A stretch of 64,000 nt of DNA from Candidatus Nomurabacteria bacterium (GCA_963832025.1 CAWHSF010000003.1:143665-207664), one strand, 5' to 3'; counted from the stretch's first letter, positions 39,026 to 47,987 are shown. Notes: generated by a model not told the origin, from the letters alone. Program-made: numbers and translations.

Positions 39026-39814
39026 ATGAAAATCATAAGTTGGAACGTAAATGGAATACGCGCAGTGCATAAAAAGGGGTTTTTCGTGCCATTCATTGAA
39101 AAATACAAACCCGATATTTTGTGTCTACAAGAAACGAAAGCCGAACAACACCAAAACGAAGTGGTTTTAGATGATTATGAAGAATATTGGAACTCCGCCA
39201 TCAAAAAAGGTTACAGTGGAACTGCAATTTTCACCAAAGAAAAACCTATCGCGGTAATGTTAAATATTCCAGAGAGAATTCTAAAAAAGTACAACCTAAA
39301 AGATAGATACGGAGACCCAAACACTGAAGGAAGAATTGTTTCCGCTGAGTTTAAACATTTCTATGTAGTAAGTGTTTACACTCCGAATGCCAAAGACGAT
39401 CTTACGAGAATTCCTCTTCGTCACAAGCAATGGGATCCGGCATTTTTGGAGTATGTAAAAGAATTGGAAAAAAATAAACCTGTAATATTTTGCGGGGATT
39501 TAAACGTTGCGCATACTGCAGATGACCTCGCAAATCCAAAGCCAAATGAAGGGAAAAAGGGGTTCACGGTTGAAGAGCGTGAAGGAATAGACAACATTAT
39601 AAAAGCCGGTTTTGTTGATACTTTTCGCATGTTTACCAAGGGAAATGGACATTATACTTGGTGGAGTCATTTTGCCAATTCAAGAGCGCGAAACGTCGGC
39701 TGGAGAATTGATTATTTTTTCGTCAGTCAAAAACTCGACAAAAAAGTGAAGAAAGCCGAAATTTTGCCAGAAGTTTTAGGCTCAGACCATTGTCCAATTT
39801 TATTAGAACTTTAG
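39026..39814 (+). CDS. xth: exodeoxyribonuclease III
   Basis: MKIISWNVNGIR and the C-terminal SDHCP motif. Confidence 0.9.
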   Translation: MKIISWNVNGIRAVHKKGFFVPFIEKYKPDILCLQETKAEQHQNEVVLDDYEEYWNSAIKKGYSGTAIFTKEKPIAVMLNIPERILKKYNLKDRYGDPNTEGRIVSAEFKHFYVVSVYTPNAKDDLTRIPLRHKQWDPAFLEYVKELEKNKPVIFCGDLNVAHTADDLANPKPNEGKKGFTVEEREGIDNIIKAGFVDTFRMFTKGNGHYTWWSHFANSRARNVGWRIDYFFVSQKLDKKVKKAEILPEVLGSDHCPILLEL

Positions 39815-39933
39815 AAGCTTTGTGAATTATAATTTTTAAGAGACTTTGCGCAGGCGGGTAGCCGAGCAGGAACAAATTTTCAACAGAAAATTATGTGTGT
39901 CGATTAAAAATTGATAATTCATGAAGCTTTGTG
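39814..39933. mobile_element. family-B MITE-like element with terminal inverted repeats and an 11-bp flanking direct repeat
   Basis: The direct repeat gaagctttgtg at 39814-39824 and 39923-39933 flanks TIRs gaattataatttttaagagac / gtcgattaaaaattgataattc and the core gcgcaggcgggtagccgagca. Confidence 0.7.
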
Positions 39934-39946
39934 TTAAAATTTAGAC

Positions 39947-40609
39947 ATGAACCACAATAGATTAGATCAATTAGCTGATGGAATTTTTGCCATCGTGATG
40001 ACGATTCTCGTTTTTGAGATTAAAGTGCCGATCATTTGGGGGCCAATAGACAACGCAGGCCTTTGGCTCCAGATCAAACAACTTGCTCCGGTTTTCTTGA
40101 GTTATCTTTTGAGTTTCTCGCTTCTTTTCACTTACTGGCGCGCTCATCATTTTTTTATTTCCATCTACGCAAAAAACATCGACGCCATGCTCACCAATAT
40201 CAATGCTTTGTTTTTCATGCTGATTAGCTTAATTCCTTTTTCCGCCAGCTTGCTCGGCCAATATAGCAGAAATGAATTATCGGTGGTGATTTTTAGCATT
40301 CACACAATTTTAATCGGACTTACCTTGTACTGGATGCGCCGATATGTTTTCTATTCCCCATCAATTAAAAATCCCGAAATTACCAAACGGGAAATCCGCG
40401 GAAGTGTGATTCGCACCCTGGTTCCCGTCTTTTTCGCGCTCGTCGCCATTCTCCTTTGCTTCTGGAGTATAAAAGTTTCTATCGTAATGCTTACCTTGGC
40501 GGTACTCTTCAATCTTTCCACTTATAGCACTCGCCTCTTTGAGAATATCTTAAAATTTCTCCACAAATTCTTTTTTGGAGAAGATGTAAAAGGCCACTTT
40601 GCGGACTAG
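39947..40609 (+). CDS. TMEM175/DUF1211-family membrane protein (putative K+ channel)
   Basis: RLDQLADGIFAIVMTILVFEI signature, 6 predicted TM segments. Confidence 0.7.
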   Translation: MNHNRLDQLADGIFAIVMTILVFEIKVPIIWGPIDNAGLWLQIKQLAPVFLSYLLSFSLLFTYWRAHHFFISIYAKNIDAMLTNINALFFMLISLIPFSASLLGQYSRNELSVVIFSIHTILIGLTLYWMRRYVFYSPSIKNPEITKREIRGSVIRTLVPVFFALVAILLCFWSIKVSIVMLTLAVLFNLSTYSTRLFENILKFLHKFFFGEDVKGHFAD

Positions 40610-41385
40610 GGTTTAATTTCCTTTAAACTTTTTGCTCCGAGCCAAGCTAGTTCGTAGATCTTTTTCATCGCATCGGCAATTTCCGCGCTTTCAATAATGA
40701 TTCCGAGTTTTTCTCGCCAAGAAGCAATCATAATTTTATTGTCATAGATATTTACTTCCGGGATAAAGTTATATTTATCTATTGGAACAAGAATGGTTGT
40801 TCTTTTTTCTTTCTCATCCTCGCCAGCCCGAAATCTTCCAATCGGTGAATCGGGAATAATTGCTCTGATTGAAATTCCCTTACCCGCTCTCCTTTCATAA
40901 TATTTAGGGAAATATCCTGTGAGTCCTTGGTGCATCTGATCCACATTCGCAAAGGCTAAAATTTCTTCATGAGAAGTAAGCGTATCTTCATAAACATCCC
41001 TGAGCCCATCTACTCCTTCGTAAAATCGAACCCTTGGTCTGCCCGCAACGTTGTGAATTGATTTTAATGTAGGAATAATTTTTTTTATATCAGAAATTTT
41101 TTTAGTAGTTTCGTCTAACTCATCTTCAAACATAGTTAAAATTTTATCTGGAGATTCTACCAAGTATTCTTGTTTGGGTTCTTTCCCGGAAACACTGGCT
41201 AAACCTTTTGAAACCAAAGAATCTAAAATATCATAACCGGTAGTTCTGTTGAGTCCTGCCTTTCTGGTAATCTGGCTGACCGTGCCCTTCCCCAATTCAA
41301 ACAATGCCAACAAGACAGCTGATTCATTTTTTGAGAATCCAGCTTTGATTAGAACTTCGCTAATTTCTTGTGTCTCTTTATTCAT
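40606..41385 (-). CDS. TrmB-family transcriptional regulator
   Basis: N-terminal wHTH (LFELGKGTVSQITRKAGLNRTTGYDILDSLVSKGL) plus a C-terminal TrmB-type domain. Confidence 0.6.
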   Translation of the reverse strand: MNKETQEISEVLIKAGFSKNESAVLLALFELGKGTVSQITRKAGLNRTTGYDILDSLVSKGLASVSGKEPKQEYLVESPDKILTMFEDELDETTKKISDIKKIIPTLKSIHNVAGRPRVRFYEGVDGLRDVYEDTLTSHEEILAFANVDQMHQGLTGYFPKYYERRAGKGISIRAIIPDSPIGRFRAGEDEKEKRTTILVPIDKYNFIPEVNIYDNKIMIASWREKLGIIIESAEIADAMKKIYELAWLGAKSLKEIKP

Positions 41386-41479
41386 AAAACCATTATATTC
41401 CTTAATTAAAATTGTGTCAAACTACCTCCACAATTTTTATATTAAATAGAAAATATAAGGCTTTTTTAGTAATATATGC

Positions 41480-41507
41480 TTGACAATATTTTTACAATTG
41501 CTATAAT
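41480..41507 (+). promoter_or_regulatory. consensus promoter upstream of ORF 41598
   Basis: TTGACA (41480-41485), 16-nt spacer, TATAAT (41502-41507). Confidence 0.55.
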
Positions 41508-41557
41508 GTACGAGTAAATTTAAGTTCCTTGGCAACAAGTCTGTAAAACCGAAAGGT

Positions 41558-41582
41558 TCCCTCATCCGAAAGGAGAGGTTGG
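41558..41582. repeat. family-C palindromic element, non-coding copy in a 5' leader
   Basis: ccctcatcc gaa aggagagg ttggg. Compare carB ccctcccctt..aaggggagggttggg. Confidence 0.6.
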
Positions 41583-41597
41583 GCTGGAGAAAAGACA

Positions 41598-41897
41598 GTG
41601 AAGATCATCTTGTGTGGTCTAGACAATAATAGTTTTAATGAACCAGAAACTGATGTTGTTAGAGTCATTGAGATCTCTGGCTGCTGCTATGCAACTTTTT
41701 TGGCAGACGGTGAAGCAGAGAAAAAAATGGCCGAACATGGGCTAGAGTGGAATTTTAATTTCCCCTCTCCAGCAAGCATGCTAGGTAAGTTTGTAATAAG
41801 AGGTCTTGAGTTGAAGGGTCATTATGAGTCAGCTATTGAAATTCTTAAAAAGGCCCTGGGCGAAGACACAAAAGTCGATCTATCTCGTGTCGAGTAG
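41598..41897 (+). CDS. hypothetical protein (99 aa, GTG start)
   Basis: ORF between a consensus promoter and a terminator-like hairpin. No motif recognised. Confidence 0.45.
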   Translation: MKIILCGLDNNSFNEPETDVVRVIEISGCCYATFLADGEAEKKMAEHGLEWNFNFPSPASMLGKFVIRGLELKGHYESAIEILKKALGEDTKVDLSRVE

Positions 41898-41926
41898 ACT
41901 TCGAGAACATTCACAGTTACCAACAA

Positions 41927-41975
41927 TAGCCAGCAGACCGAAGGGAGGAAAAGTGCTGGCTATATAATTTTTTGA
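41927..41975 (+). terminator. hairpin plus T-run after ORF 41598
   Basis: tagccagca ...18 nt... tgctggcta followed by tataatttttt. Confidence 0.45.
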
Positions 41976-42014
41976 TTATGCTTGCTATAATTATTATTAA
42001 TATATTAAATAAAT

Positions 42015-43667
42015 ATGCAAAAAGTTTGTAAAACCTGCGAAAAAGATTTTGAAATAAGAAAAGAAGATCTGATTTTTTACGAACAGGTAAAAACTATTCC
42101 CCCAGTTGATTGTCCGGATTGTCGCGCAATGAAACGCCTCGCGTTTAGAAACGAACGGACTTTTTACAAGAGGCCGTGTGACATGTGCAAAAAAGACATG
42201 GTATCTTTATACCCGGCTGATTCTCCATACCAAATTTACTGCAACGAATGTTGGTGGAGTGATAAGTGGGACCCCAAAGATTTTGGACAAGAATATGATT
42301 TGAGTAAAACATTTTTTGAACAATACGCAGAGTTACAAAAAAAAGTACCCCGATTATCATTGATGAACCTTAATGCGGTGAGAACTGAGTATGCAAACGG
42401 GACATCGGACAACAAAGACAGTTATTTGATTTTTGCCGGAGAATATAACGAAGATTGCATGTATAGTAGGCTGGTTCAAAAATGCAAAGGCTGCGTCGAT
42501 TGCGCTTTTATTCACCAATCAGAATTATGTTACGAGTGCATAGACACTCGAGAGTGTTTTAAATGCATGTACTGCGAACAATGTCAGACTTCTACTGACC
42601 TTATTTTTTGTTACAATATGCGCAATTCAAACAATTGTATTTTTTGTACGAATGGAAGAAATGTTTCAAATTCAATACTGAACGTAAAATACAACAAAGA
42701 GGAATTTGAAAAGAAAAAAGCAGAAATTTTTTCTAGTTACGAAAATATTGAAAAAGCAAAAGAAGATTTTAAGAAATTAAAAGACAGTATAGTTGTAAAA
42801 TTTTCCGCGCAAACAAAATGCAACAATGTGACCGGTGACTATTTACATAATTGTTATGATGGTGTAAGGGTTTTTGATACAACAGGAGCTAAAAATTGTT
42901 CTTATGTGGCAGACACTGAAGAATCGATAGATAGCCAGGATTGTAATAATTTTTATTACAAAAATGAACTTTGTTACAACATTATGGGCGTATTACAGTG
43001 CAGTAAATCAAAAAATTGCGCCTTCGTTTTTTATTCTAATGAAGTAGAATATTCTGAAAATTGTCATAATCTCACCAGCGGTCTCGGCTGCAATGCCATA
43101 CGCAAGGGTGAATATATGATTTTAAATAAAGAATATTCCAAAGAAGAATATTATGCCTTAAAGGAAAAAATCAAAGAACAAATGAAAAGAGATGGTGTTT
43201 TTGATCAGTTTTTTCCTCCAAAACTTTCTCCATTTGGATTTAATGAATCCCTCGGATATGATTATTATCCTATAACCAAAGAATGGGCAACACAAAAAAG
43301 CTTTAATTGGCAAGATAAAACAACCGGGACATACGGAAAGGAAACAATTAAAGAAGCAGAAATACCGAAAACTATCGACGAAGTTACCGAAGACATTTTA
43401 AATCAGATTTTAGTTTGTAAGGAATGTAAAAAGAACTTTCGTATTACAAAAGGAGAATTAGATTTTTATAAAAAGATGGGTATTCCTTTGCCCCATAAAG
43501 ATTTCGAATGCAGATACCAAGAAAAAATGTCTGAAAGAAATCCTCGCAAACTTTGGCATCGCAAATGCATGAATGATGGATGCAAAAACGAATTTGAAAC
43601 AGCCTACTCCCCCGATCGACCAGAAATAGTTTACTGCGAAACTTGTTACAACCAAGAAGTATATTAG
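42015..43667 (+). CDS. cysteine-rich protein with near-duplicate N- and C-terminal zinc ribbons
   Basis: CKTCEKDFEIRKEDLIFYEQVKTIPPVDCPDCR at the N-terminus and CKECKKNFRITKGELDFYKKMGIPLPHKDFECR near the C-terminus. Two central blocks of regularly spaced Cys. Confidence 0.7.
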   Translation: MQKVCKTCEKDFEIRKEDLIFYEQVKTIPPVDCPDCRAMKRLAFRNERTFYKRPCDMCKKDMVSLYPADSPYQIYCNECWWSDKWDPKDFGQEYDLSKTFFEQYAELQKKVPRLSLMNLNAVRTEYANGTSDNKDSYLIFAGEYNEDCMYSRLVQKCKGCVDCAFIHQSELCYECIDTRECFKCMYCEQCQTSTDLIFCYNMRNSNNCIFCTNGRNVSNSILNVKYNKEEFEKKKAEIFSSYENIEKAKEDFKKLKDSIVVKFSAQTKCNNVTGDYLHNCYDGVRVFDTTGAKNCSYVADTEESIDSQDCNNFYYKNELCYNIMGVLQCSKSKNCAFVFYSNEVEYSENCHNLTSGLGCNAIRKGEYMILNKEYSKEEYYALKEKIKEQMKRDGVFDQFFPPKLSPFGFNESLGYDYYPITKEWATQKSFNWQDKTTGTYGKETIKEAEIPKTIDEVTEDILNQILVCKECKKNFRITKGELDFYKKMGIPLPHKDFECRYQEKMSERNPRKLWHRKCMNDGCKNEFETAYSPDRPEIVYCETCYNQEVY

Positions 43668-43672
43668 CAACC

Positions 43673-43709
43673 AGACGTTGGACATCTGCAAAGCAGGTGT
43701 CCAACGTCT
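43673..43709. repeat. family-A hairpin just after the Cys-rich gene stop
   Basis: agacgttggaca tctgcaaagcagg tgtccaacgtct. The loop is the reverse complement of the 32580-32592 loop. Confidence 0.9.
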
Positions 43710-43713
43710 CAAA

Positions 43714-45360
43714 TTAGTTTACTCCGTGTTTTTGGTGAAGTTTGGCAACTTCTTCTTCCTCAAGCTCTTCTTTTTTTTCTTTCCCTCGCTCGCCGAGAGT
43801 TTTTAGCTCATCGTCTCCGAGCATATTTAGAGATTTTACCAAGTGCTGAAAGATGTTCTACGGTATTTTTCTCTGGCGCATCCAAAACTTCTTCAAGTAA
43901 AGCGTGTAAAATCCATCCCATGCGTGGTCCAGGCGTAATTCCGAGTTCTTTTATCATAAATTCTCCATTTATTTTCAATTGTCCGACAGAAATTGGGTCG
44001 CGAAGTGCTTCTTCGATCATTGCAAAATATTTTCGCAATCGATAGGTGCTTCTTTTTTCTTCATCCCCACCCTGTCACACTCACGGACATTCATCAGAGC
44101 CCAAATATTTTCTTTTCCGACTTTGGCAATAATTCTTCGCACAGCGGAAAGCGTAATCAGTTCTGTATCGGAAAAAAACATATGATTATGAACAAGTTTT
44201 TCCACCAACTCAATTTCTTTTTTGGGAAATTTTAATCTCTCCATTATTTTTTTTGTCATCCGCGCACCGATAACTTCATGACCGTAAAAAGTATATTGCT
44301 TTTTTGGCTGTCGAGATGTAGGAGAATTCTGCTGGCGGAAGGTTCCGGCCGAAGGCTGGAGAAAAGCCGAAGAATTTTTCTGCATCTCGACAGCCTCACG
44401 TCTACTTCTTGGCTTTCCAATATCATGAAAAAGTGCTGCGAGCCTTATTTCCAAAGGCCAATTTTTGTCTGCTGCATGTTGCACCGCGTGTAATAAATGA
44501 TTCCAAACATCATAAATATGTTCCCCCGATTGTTCGCAATTTATTCCCTCTTCCAATTCCGGAATTATATTTTTTAGCAAACCAAATTTTTGCAACATCA
44601 AAATTCCACTCGCAGGATTTTTTGATAAAATTATTTTTTCAAATTCATCACGAATTCTTTCTTCCGATATTTTTTTTATTAATTCAGAATTTTTTAAAAT
44701 ACTTTCCATTGTTTCATACGACACAGAAAAATCTAGTTGGCAAGCAAAGCGCACAGCTCGCAACATACGTAGTGCATCTTCTTTAAATCTATCATCTGGA
44801 TTTCCTACCGCTCTAATGGTTTTGTTTTCAATGTCCTTTATCCCGTTATATAAATCTACAATATGTCTTTTATCTTGTCCTTTATACTTGCCTGCCAAAG
44901 CTTTAGCGTCGGCAGGTCCAAAGCCATCGCATTAACTGTGAAATCACGTCTTTTAAGATCATCTTCAAGCTTATCACTGAAAATTACTTCATCTGGATGC
45001 CTAAAATCAGTATATTTTGTTTCAATTCTATAAGGAGTGACTTCAATGATCATATATTCTGATGTTTCACGAGAAACATCTTCAATTTGTGTTACATGTG
45101 GAACATCAGTCTGTTTAGGCAGGCACAACTCCAACAGTTCCAAAGTTATTTTCATATATAGTTTTTTCAAATAAATCAATAATTTGTTCTGGCTTAGCAT
45201 CAGTGGTAACATCCCAATCCTTTGGCTCTCTACCATTAACAAGATCACGAACACATCCACCGACTAGGTACGCCTCAAAACCAGCTTCTTCTAATCTATC
45301 TGTTACTTGTGAAACTTCTTTGGGGATTTTCGATATTAAATTTTTTACGTCTTTTTCCAC
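43714..45360 (-). pseudogene. cca: CCA-adding tRNA nucleotidyltransferase with HD domain; frame broken about 4 times (error versus pseudogene unresolved)
   Basis: Segments [20 protein letters not shown]..., [11 protein letters not shown], ...RFKEDALRMLRAVRFACQL, LAALFHDIGKP and the C-terminal tail lie in different frames. Breaks are near 45120, 44930, the T6 run at 44052-44057 and the T4 run at 43834-43837. The GTG start at 45360 is tentative. Confidence 0.75.
44306..44395. repeat. family-B-like element, exactly 90 nt, in frame inside cca
   Basis: Perfect 13-bp terminal inverted repeats ggctgtcgagatg / catctcgacagcc. Interior has gaattctgctg and gccgaag. Encodes AVEMQKNSSAFLQPSAGTFRQQNSPTSRQP. 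Confidence 0.8.
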
Positions 45361-45372
45361 TTTGGAAATATG

Positions 45373-45443
45373 TGCGGCTAGGGAGAATCGAACTCCCGTC
45401 TCATCCTTGGCAAGGACGTGTTCTACCACTAAACCATAACCGC
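45373..45443 (-). tRNA. tRNA-Gly (GCC)
   Basis: GCGGTTA acceptor, anticodon loop TTGCCAA, GTTCGATTC T-loop. No encoded CCA. Confidence 0.85.
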
Positions 45444-45562
45444 TAATTTATGATTAATAAAACAATTATATATTATATTCAGGATATTGCAATTTATACG
45501 AATAGTGCTTAAAAATAAGGACATTTTGCAAATACTAAATAAGGTGTATAATAAAGTTTATT

Positions 45563-45634
45563 GCACCCGTAGTGAAATGGATATCACAACAGTCTTCGGA
45601 ACTGTCGTTGGGGGTTCGAATCCCTCCGGGTGCA
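45563..45634 (+). tRNA. tRNA-Arg (TCG)
   Basis: GCACCCG acceptor, anticodon loop CTTCGGA, GGTTCGAATCC T-arm. Extended -10 promoter TGtATAAT at 45545-45552. No encoded CCA. Confidence 0.85.
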
Positions 45635-45901
45635 CAAAAGATCAACAATCAGCTGTCCTTGATGCTTTAGCTTTGTTTATAAGGATTTTTGTTAAAAATG
45701 TGGATAACTATGTTAGTAATGTTTATAAAGGACACAATAAATTTCTGTCTTTAAGGCACTTTTTTTCAAAATATCATTATAAAATAAGGATATTATGTTA
45801 AAAGACACCTAATTATTGATTTTTGTTTCATGTGAAACAAAAATGAATAATGTTATTTATGAAACGTTAAAAAATCAGTATAAATAAGCCTACTTTCAAT
45901 T

Positions 45902-46291
45902 ATGCCTAAAGTATTTACATCAGAAAAACAAAAAATAGGAGAACTTGGAGAAAACATAGCAGTCAAATTTCTCACGAAAAAAGGTTTTTTTATATCAGAG
46001 AGAAATTATACTAAAAAATGGGGTGAGATAGATATTATAGCTGAGAAAAATAATAAGTTATATTTTATAGAAGTAAAATCTTGTTAACATATGTCCAAAC
46101 CTCATAACTATCGACCGGAAGACAACATGCACCCATGGAAATTAAAAAGACTCTCAAGGACAATCCAAACATATCTTTTATCTAAAAACGTACCGGATGA
46201 AAAAGAGTGGCAAATGGATTTATTGCTAGTTTTTCTTGATATAAAAAACAAAAAGGCAAAAATAAAAGTAGTCAGTGATATTATACTGTGA
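45902..46291 (+). pseudogene. yraN: YraN/UPF0102-family endonuclease-like protein interrupted by an in-frame TAA
   Basis: WGEIDIIAEKNNKLYFIEVKSC-TAA-HMSKPHNYRPEDNMHPWKLKRL. Both tracked ORFs are in the same frame; the stop is at 46085-46087. Confidence 0.65.
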
Positions 46292-46315
46292 ATATGACTA
46301 GCGCTATTATTCTAG

Positions 46316-46386
46316 TGCGGGATGGGAGAATCGAACTCCCAACCTCAGTTTGGAAAACTGACGTTTTACCATTAAACTAATCCCGC
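46316..46386 (-). tRNA. tRNA-Gly (TCC)
   Basis: GCGGGAT acceptor, anticodon loop TTTCCAA, GTTCGATTC T-loop. No encoded CCA. Confidence 0.85.
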
Positions 46387-46416
46387 AATGTTAAAAATCC
46401 TGAATTTACTGAAGGG

Positions 46417-46487
46417 TCGGGCTGCTGGGAGTCGAACCCAGCCTAAATGCTCCCAAAGCACTTGTACAACCGATATACTACAGCCCG
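46417..46487 (-). tRNA. tRNA-Pro (TGG)
   Basis: CGGGCTG acceptor, anticodon loop TTTGGGA with G37, GGTTCGACTCC T-arm. No encoded CCA. Confidence 0.8.
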
Positions 46488-46524
46488 TTGTTTTGACAAC
46501 TGAGTTTTATCTTAACATAACAAA

Positions 46525-47604
46525 TTAGTAATTCCAAGGTTTCCAGGAATCATTTGCTCCTGGATTTTGAGCACCATGGACTTCAAAGTGTAGATGAGGG
46601 CCGGTTGCATGACCGGTTTCTCCGACAAGACCTATGACATCTCCCTGAGAGACTTCTGCCCCTGTTTCGGTGAGTATTTTTGACTGGTGAGCATATAAAG
46701 TCTGTGTTCCATTTGAATGATCAATAATTACAACATTTCCAAAACCTCCATTATATCCATATCTAGCAAGGATAACTTTCCCGTCAGCGGCGGCGTGGAT
46801 TGGAGTTCCAGTTGGTACTGCCAAGTCTACTGCGTTGTTGTCGTGAATACCTTGACTTAACCTGTAACCAGGTACAGGGTCAATATAATAGTCAGCAAAA
46901 TTTTGCGTAGGATGCTGTTCATAATACAACTTATCTTTAGCAATACTTGCGCCCAATTCTTTCTCTGGGATAGGCGTACCACTTTCCGCAGAAGATTCTT
47001 CGGCATTTGGAATAATAAGAGTTTCACCGGCAATTAGGGGGGTATCTAAGGTTATGTCGTTGGATTGAACAATATCACTTACATTAACTTTATAAATTTT
47101 TGCAATACTTTGTAAAGTGTCCTTTGTTTTAACGGTATATTCAAGTCCAGAACATGGGAGAATCAAAAGAACTTCGCCGGTGGTGATAGTGTCTCCTTTT
47201 TTCATATCGTTAGCCCAAAGAATAGTATTCACTGATACATTAAAAGTCTTAGCTATCCAGGCTAGAGAATCACCACTTTTTACTACATAGTTAGAATCAT
47301 TTCCGGAACAATCGAGTGTATCTGCTCCATTTGAAACGCCCATTGGTCCAGTGGGAGCAGCAATAGCCGTACCTGTACTGTCAATGGTTGTAGGAGAAAA
47401 GTCGTCATTGACATCTTGACTATCACTGACCTGAGAAGAATCGCTAACTTGAAGAGCTAAATCCGAACTTTGAGAATTACTACCGACTTGGAGGGTAGTA
47501 GTGGCTGTTGAACTAGAATCAGCAAAGGCTGGACCTCCGATAAATAAGGAAGAAAAAATATTAGCTTGAGCTACCCCTACGGGCACAAAAAGTGTTCCAA
47601 ACAA
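46525..47604 (-). CDS. secreted peptidoglycan hydrolase, 2 x LysM + M23 peptidase
   Basis: YVVKSGDSLAWIAKTFNVSVNTILWAN and YTVKTKDTLQSIAKIYKVNVSDIVQSN (LysM). GHATGPHLHFEV (M23). The signal-peptide region continues upstream without an in-frame ATG. Confidence 0.85.
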   Translation of the reverse strand: MFGTLFVPVGVAQANIFSSLFIGGPAFADSSSTATTTLQVGSNSQSSDLALQVSDSSQVSDSQDVNDDFSPTTIDSTGTAIAAPTGPMGVSNGADTLDCSGNDSNYVVKSGDSLAWIAKTFNVSVNTILWANDMKKGDTITTGEVLLILPCSGLEYTVKTKDTLQSIAKIYKVNVSDIVQSNDITLDTPLIAGETLIIPNAEESSAESGTPIPEKELGASIAKDKLYYEQHPTQNFADYYIDPVPGYRLSQGIHDNNAVDLAVPTGTPIHAAADGKVILARYGYNGGFGNVVIIDHSNGTQTLYAHQSKILTETGAEVSQGDVIGLVGETGHATGPHLHFEVHGAQNPGANDSWKPWNY

Positions 47605-47900
47605 CAGGAAAAAAGAGACAAGAGATCTTAATTTTTTAAATTTAGGCTTTATATAACAAACTAAATACCATGAGATTTCCTTTTCTGTCCTTATTTTATA
47701 AGGCTAGAATGACAGGACGACCTATAAGGTACTGTATCCGCCGAAGGCGGAGAAGGTTTCTCACGATGTTACTGTCTACTCTATAATTCGGTCAGCTAGT
47801 ACCATACTTCTGTTCAGGACTATACAGAAATGGTATCTCAAAAACACCTAAAAGTCAATTTAGTAAGAGGTGGGTGTGGAAAAGTATTTTGGACTAAAAT

Positions 47901-47929
47901 TTGACAAACTTTGTAAAATATTTGATAAT
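47901..47929 (+). promoter_or_regulatory. promoter upstream of gene 47988
   Basis: TTGACA, 17-nt spacer, GATAAT. A second TATAAT at 47975-47980 lies 7 nt before the ATG. Confidence 0.45.
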
Positions 47930-47987
47930 ATATGAAATTTTCAATAAAAATTAGTCTTAAAAACTAAAAAGAAATATAATAAAGGAC

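Noticed and set aside
45699-45707. Perfect DnaA boxes TGTGGATAA at 45699-45707 and 29799-29807 (an 8/9 match near 20405); possible oriC
   Set aside because: The boxes are isolated single sites far apart. There is no cluster, no adjacent dnaA/dnaN and no obvious DNA-unwinding element arrangement.
45487-45801. ORF 45487..45801 and the first about 20 codons of ORF 45115..45429
   Set aside because: They run through tRNA-Arg (45563-45634) and tRNA-Gly (45373-45443) respectively, so these translations are spurious.
46085-46087. Alternative genetic code (stop-codon reassignment)
   Set aside because: TGA, TAA and TAG all terminate well-defined conserved genes. Only one internal TAA is seen, and no internal TGA occurs in conserved proteins.
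47700-47860. c-di-AMP (ydaO-type) riboswitch upstream of the cell-wall hydrolase gene
   Set aside because: Only a partial GTCAGCTA match exists, and it is on the plus strand, the wrong strand for the M23 gene. The conserved G-rich/C-rich (ACGGGG / CCCGA) segments are absent.
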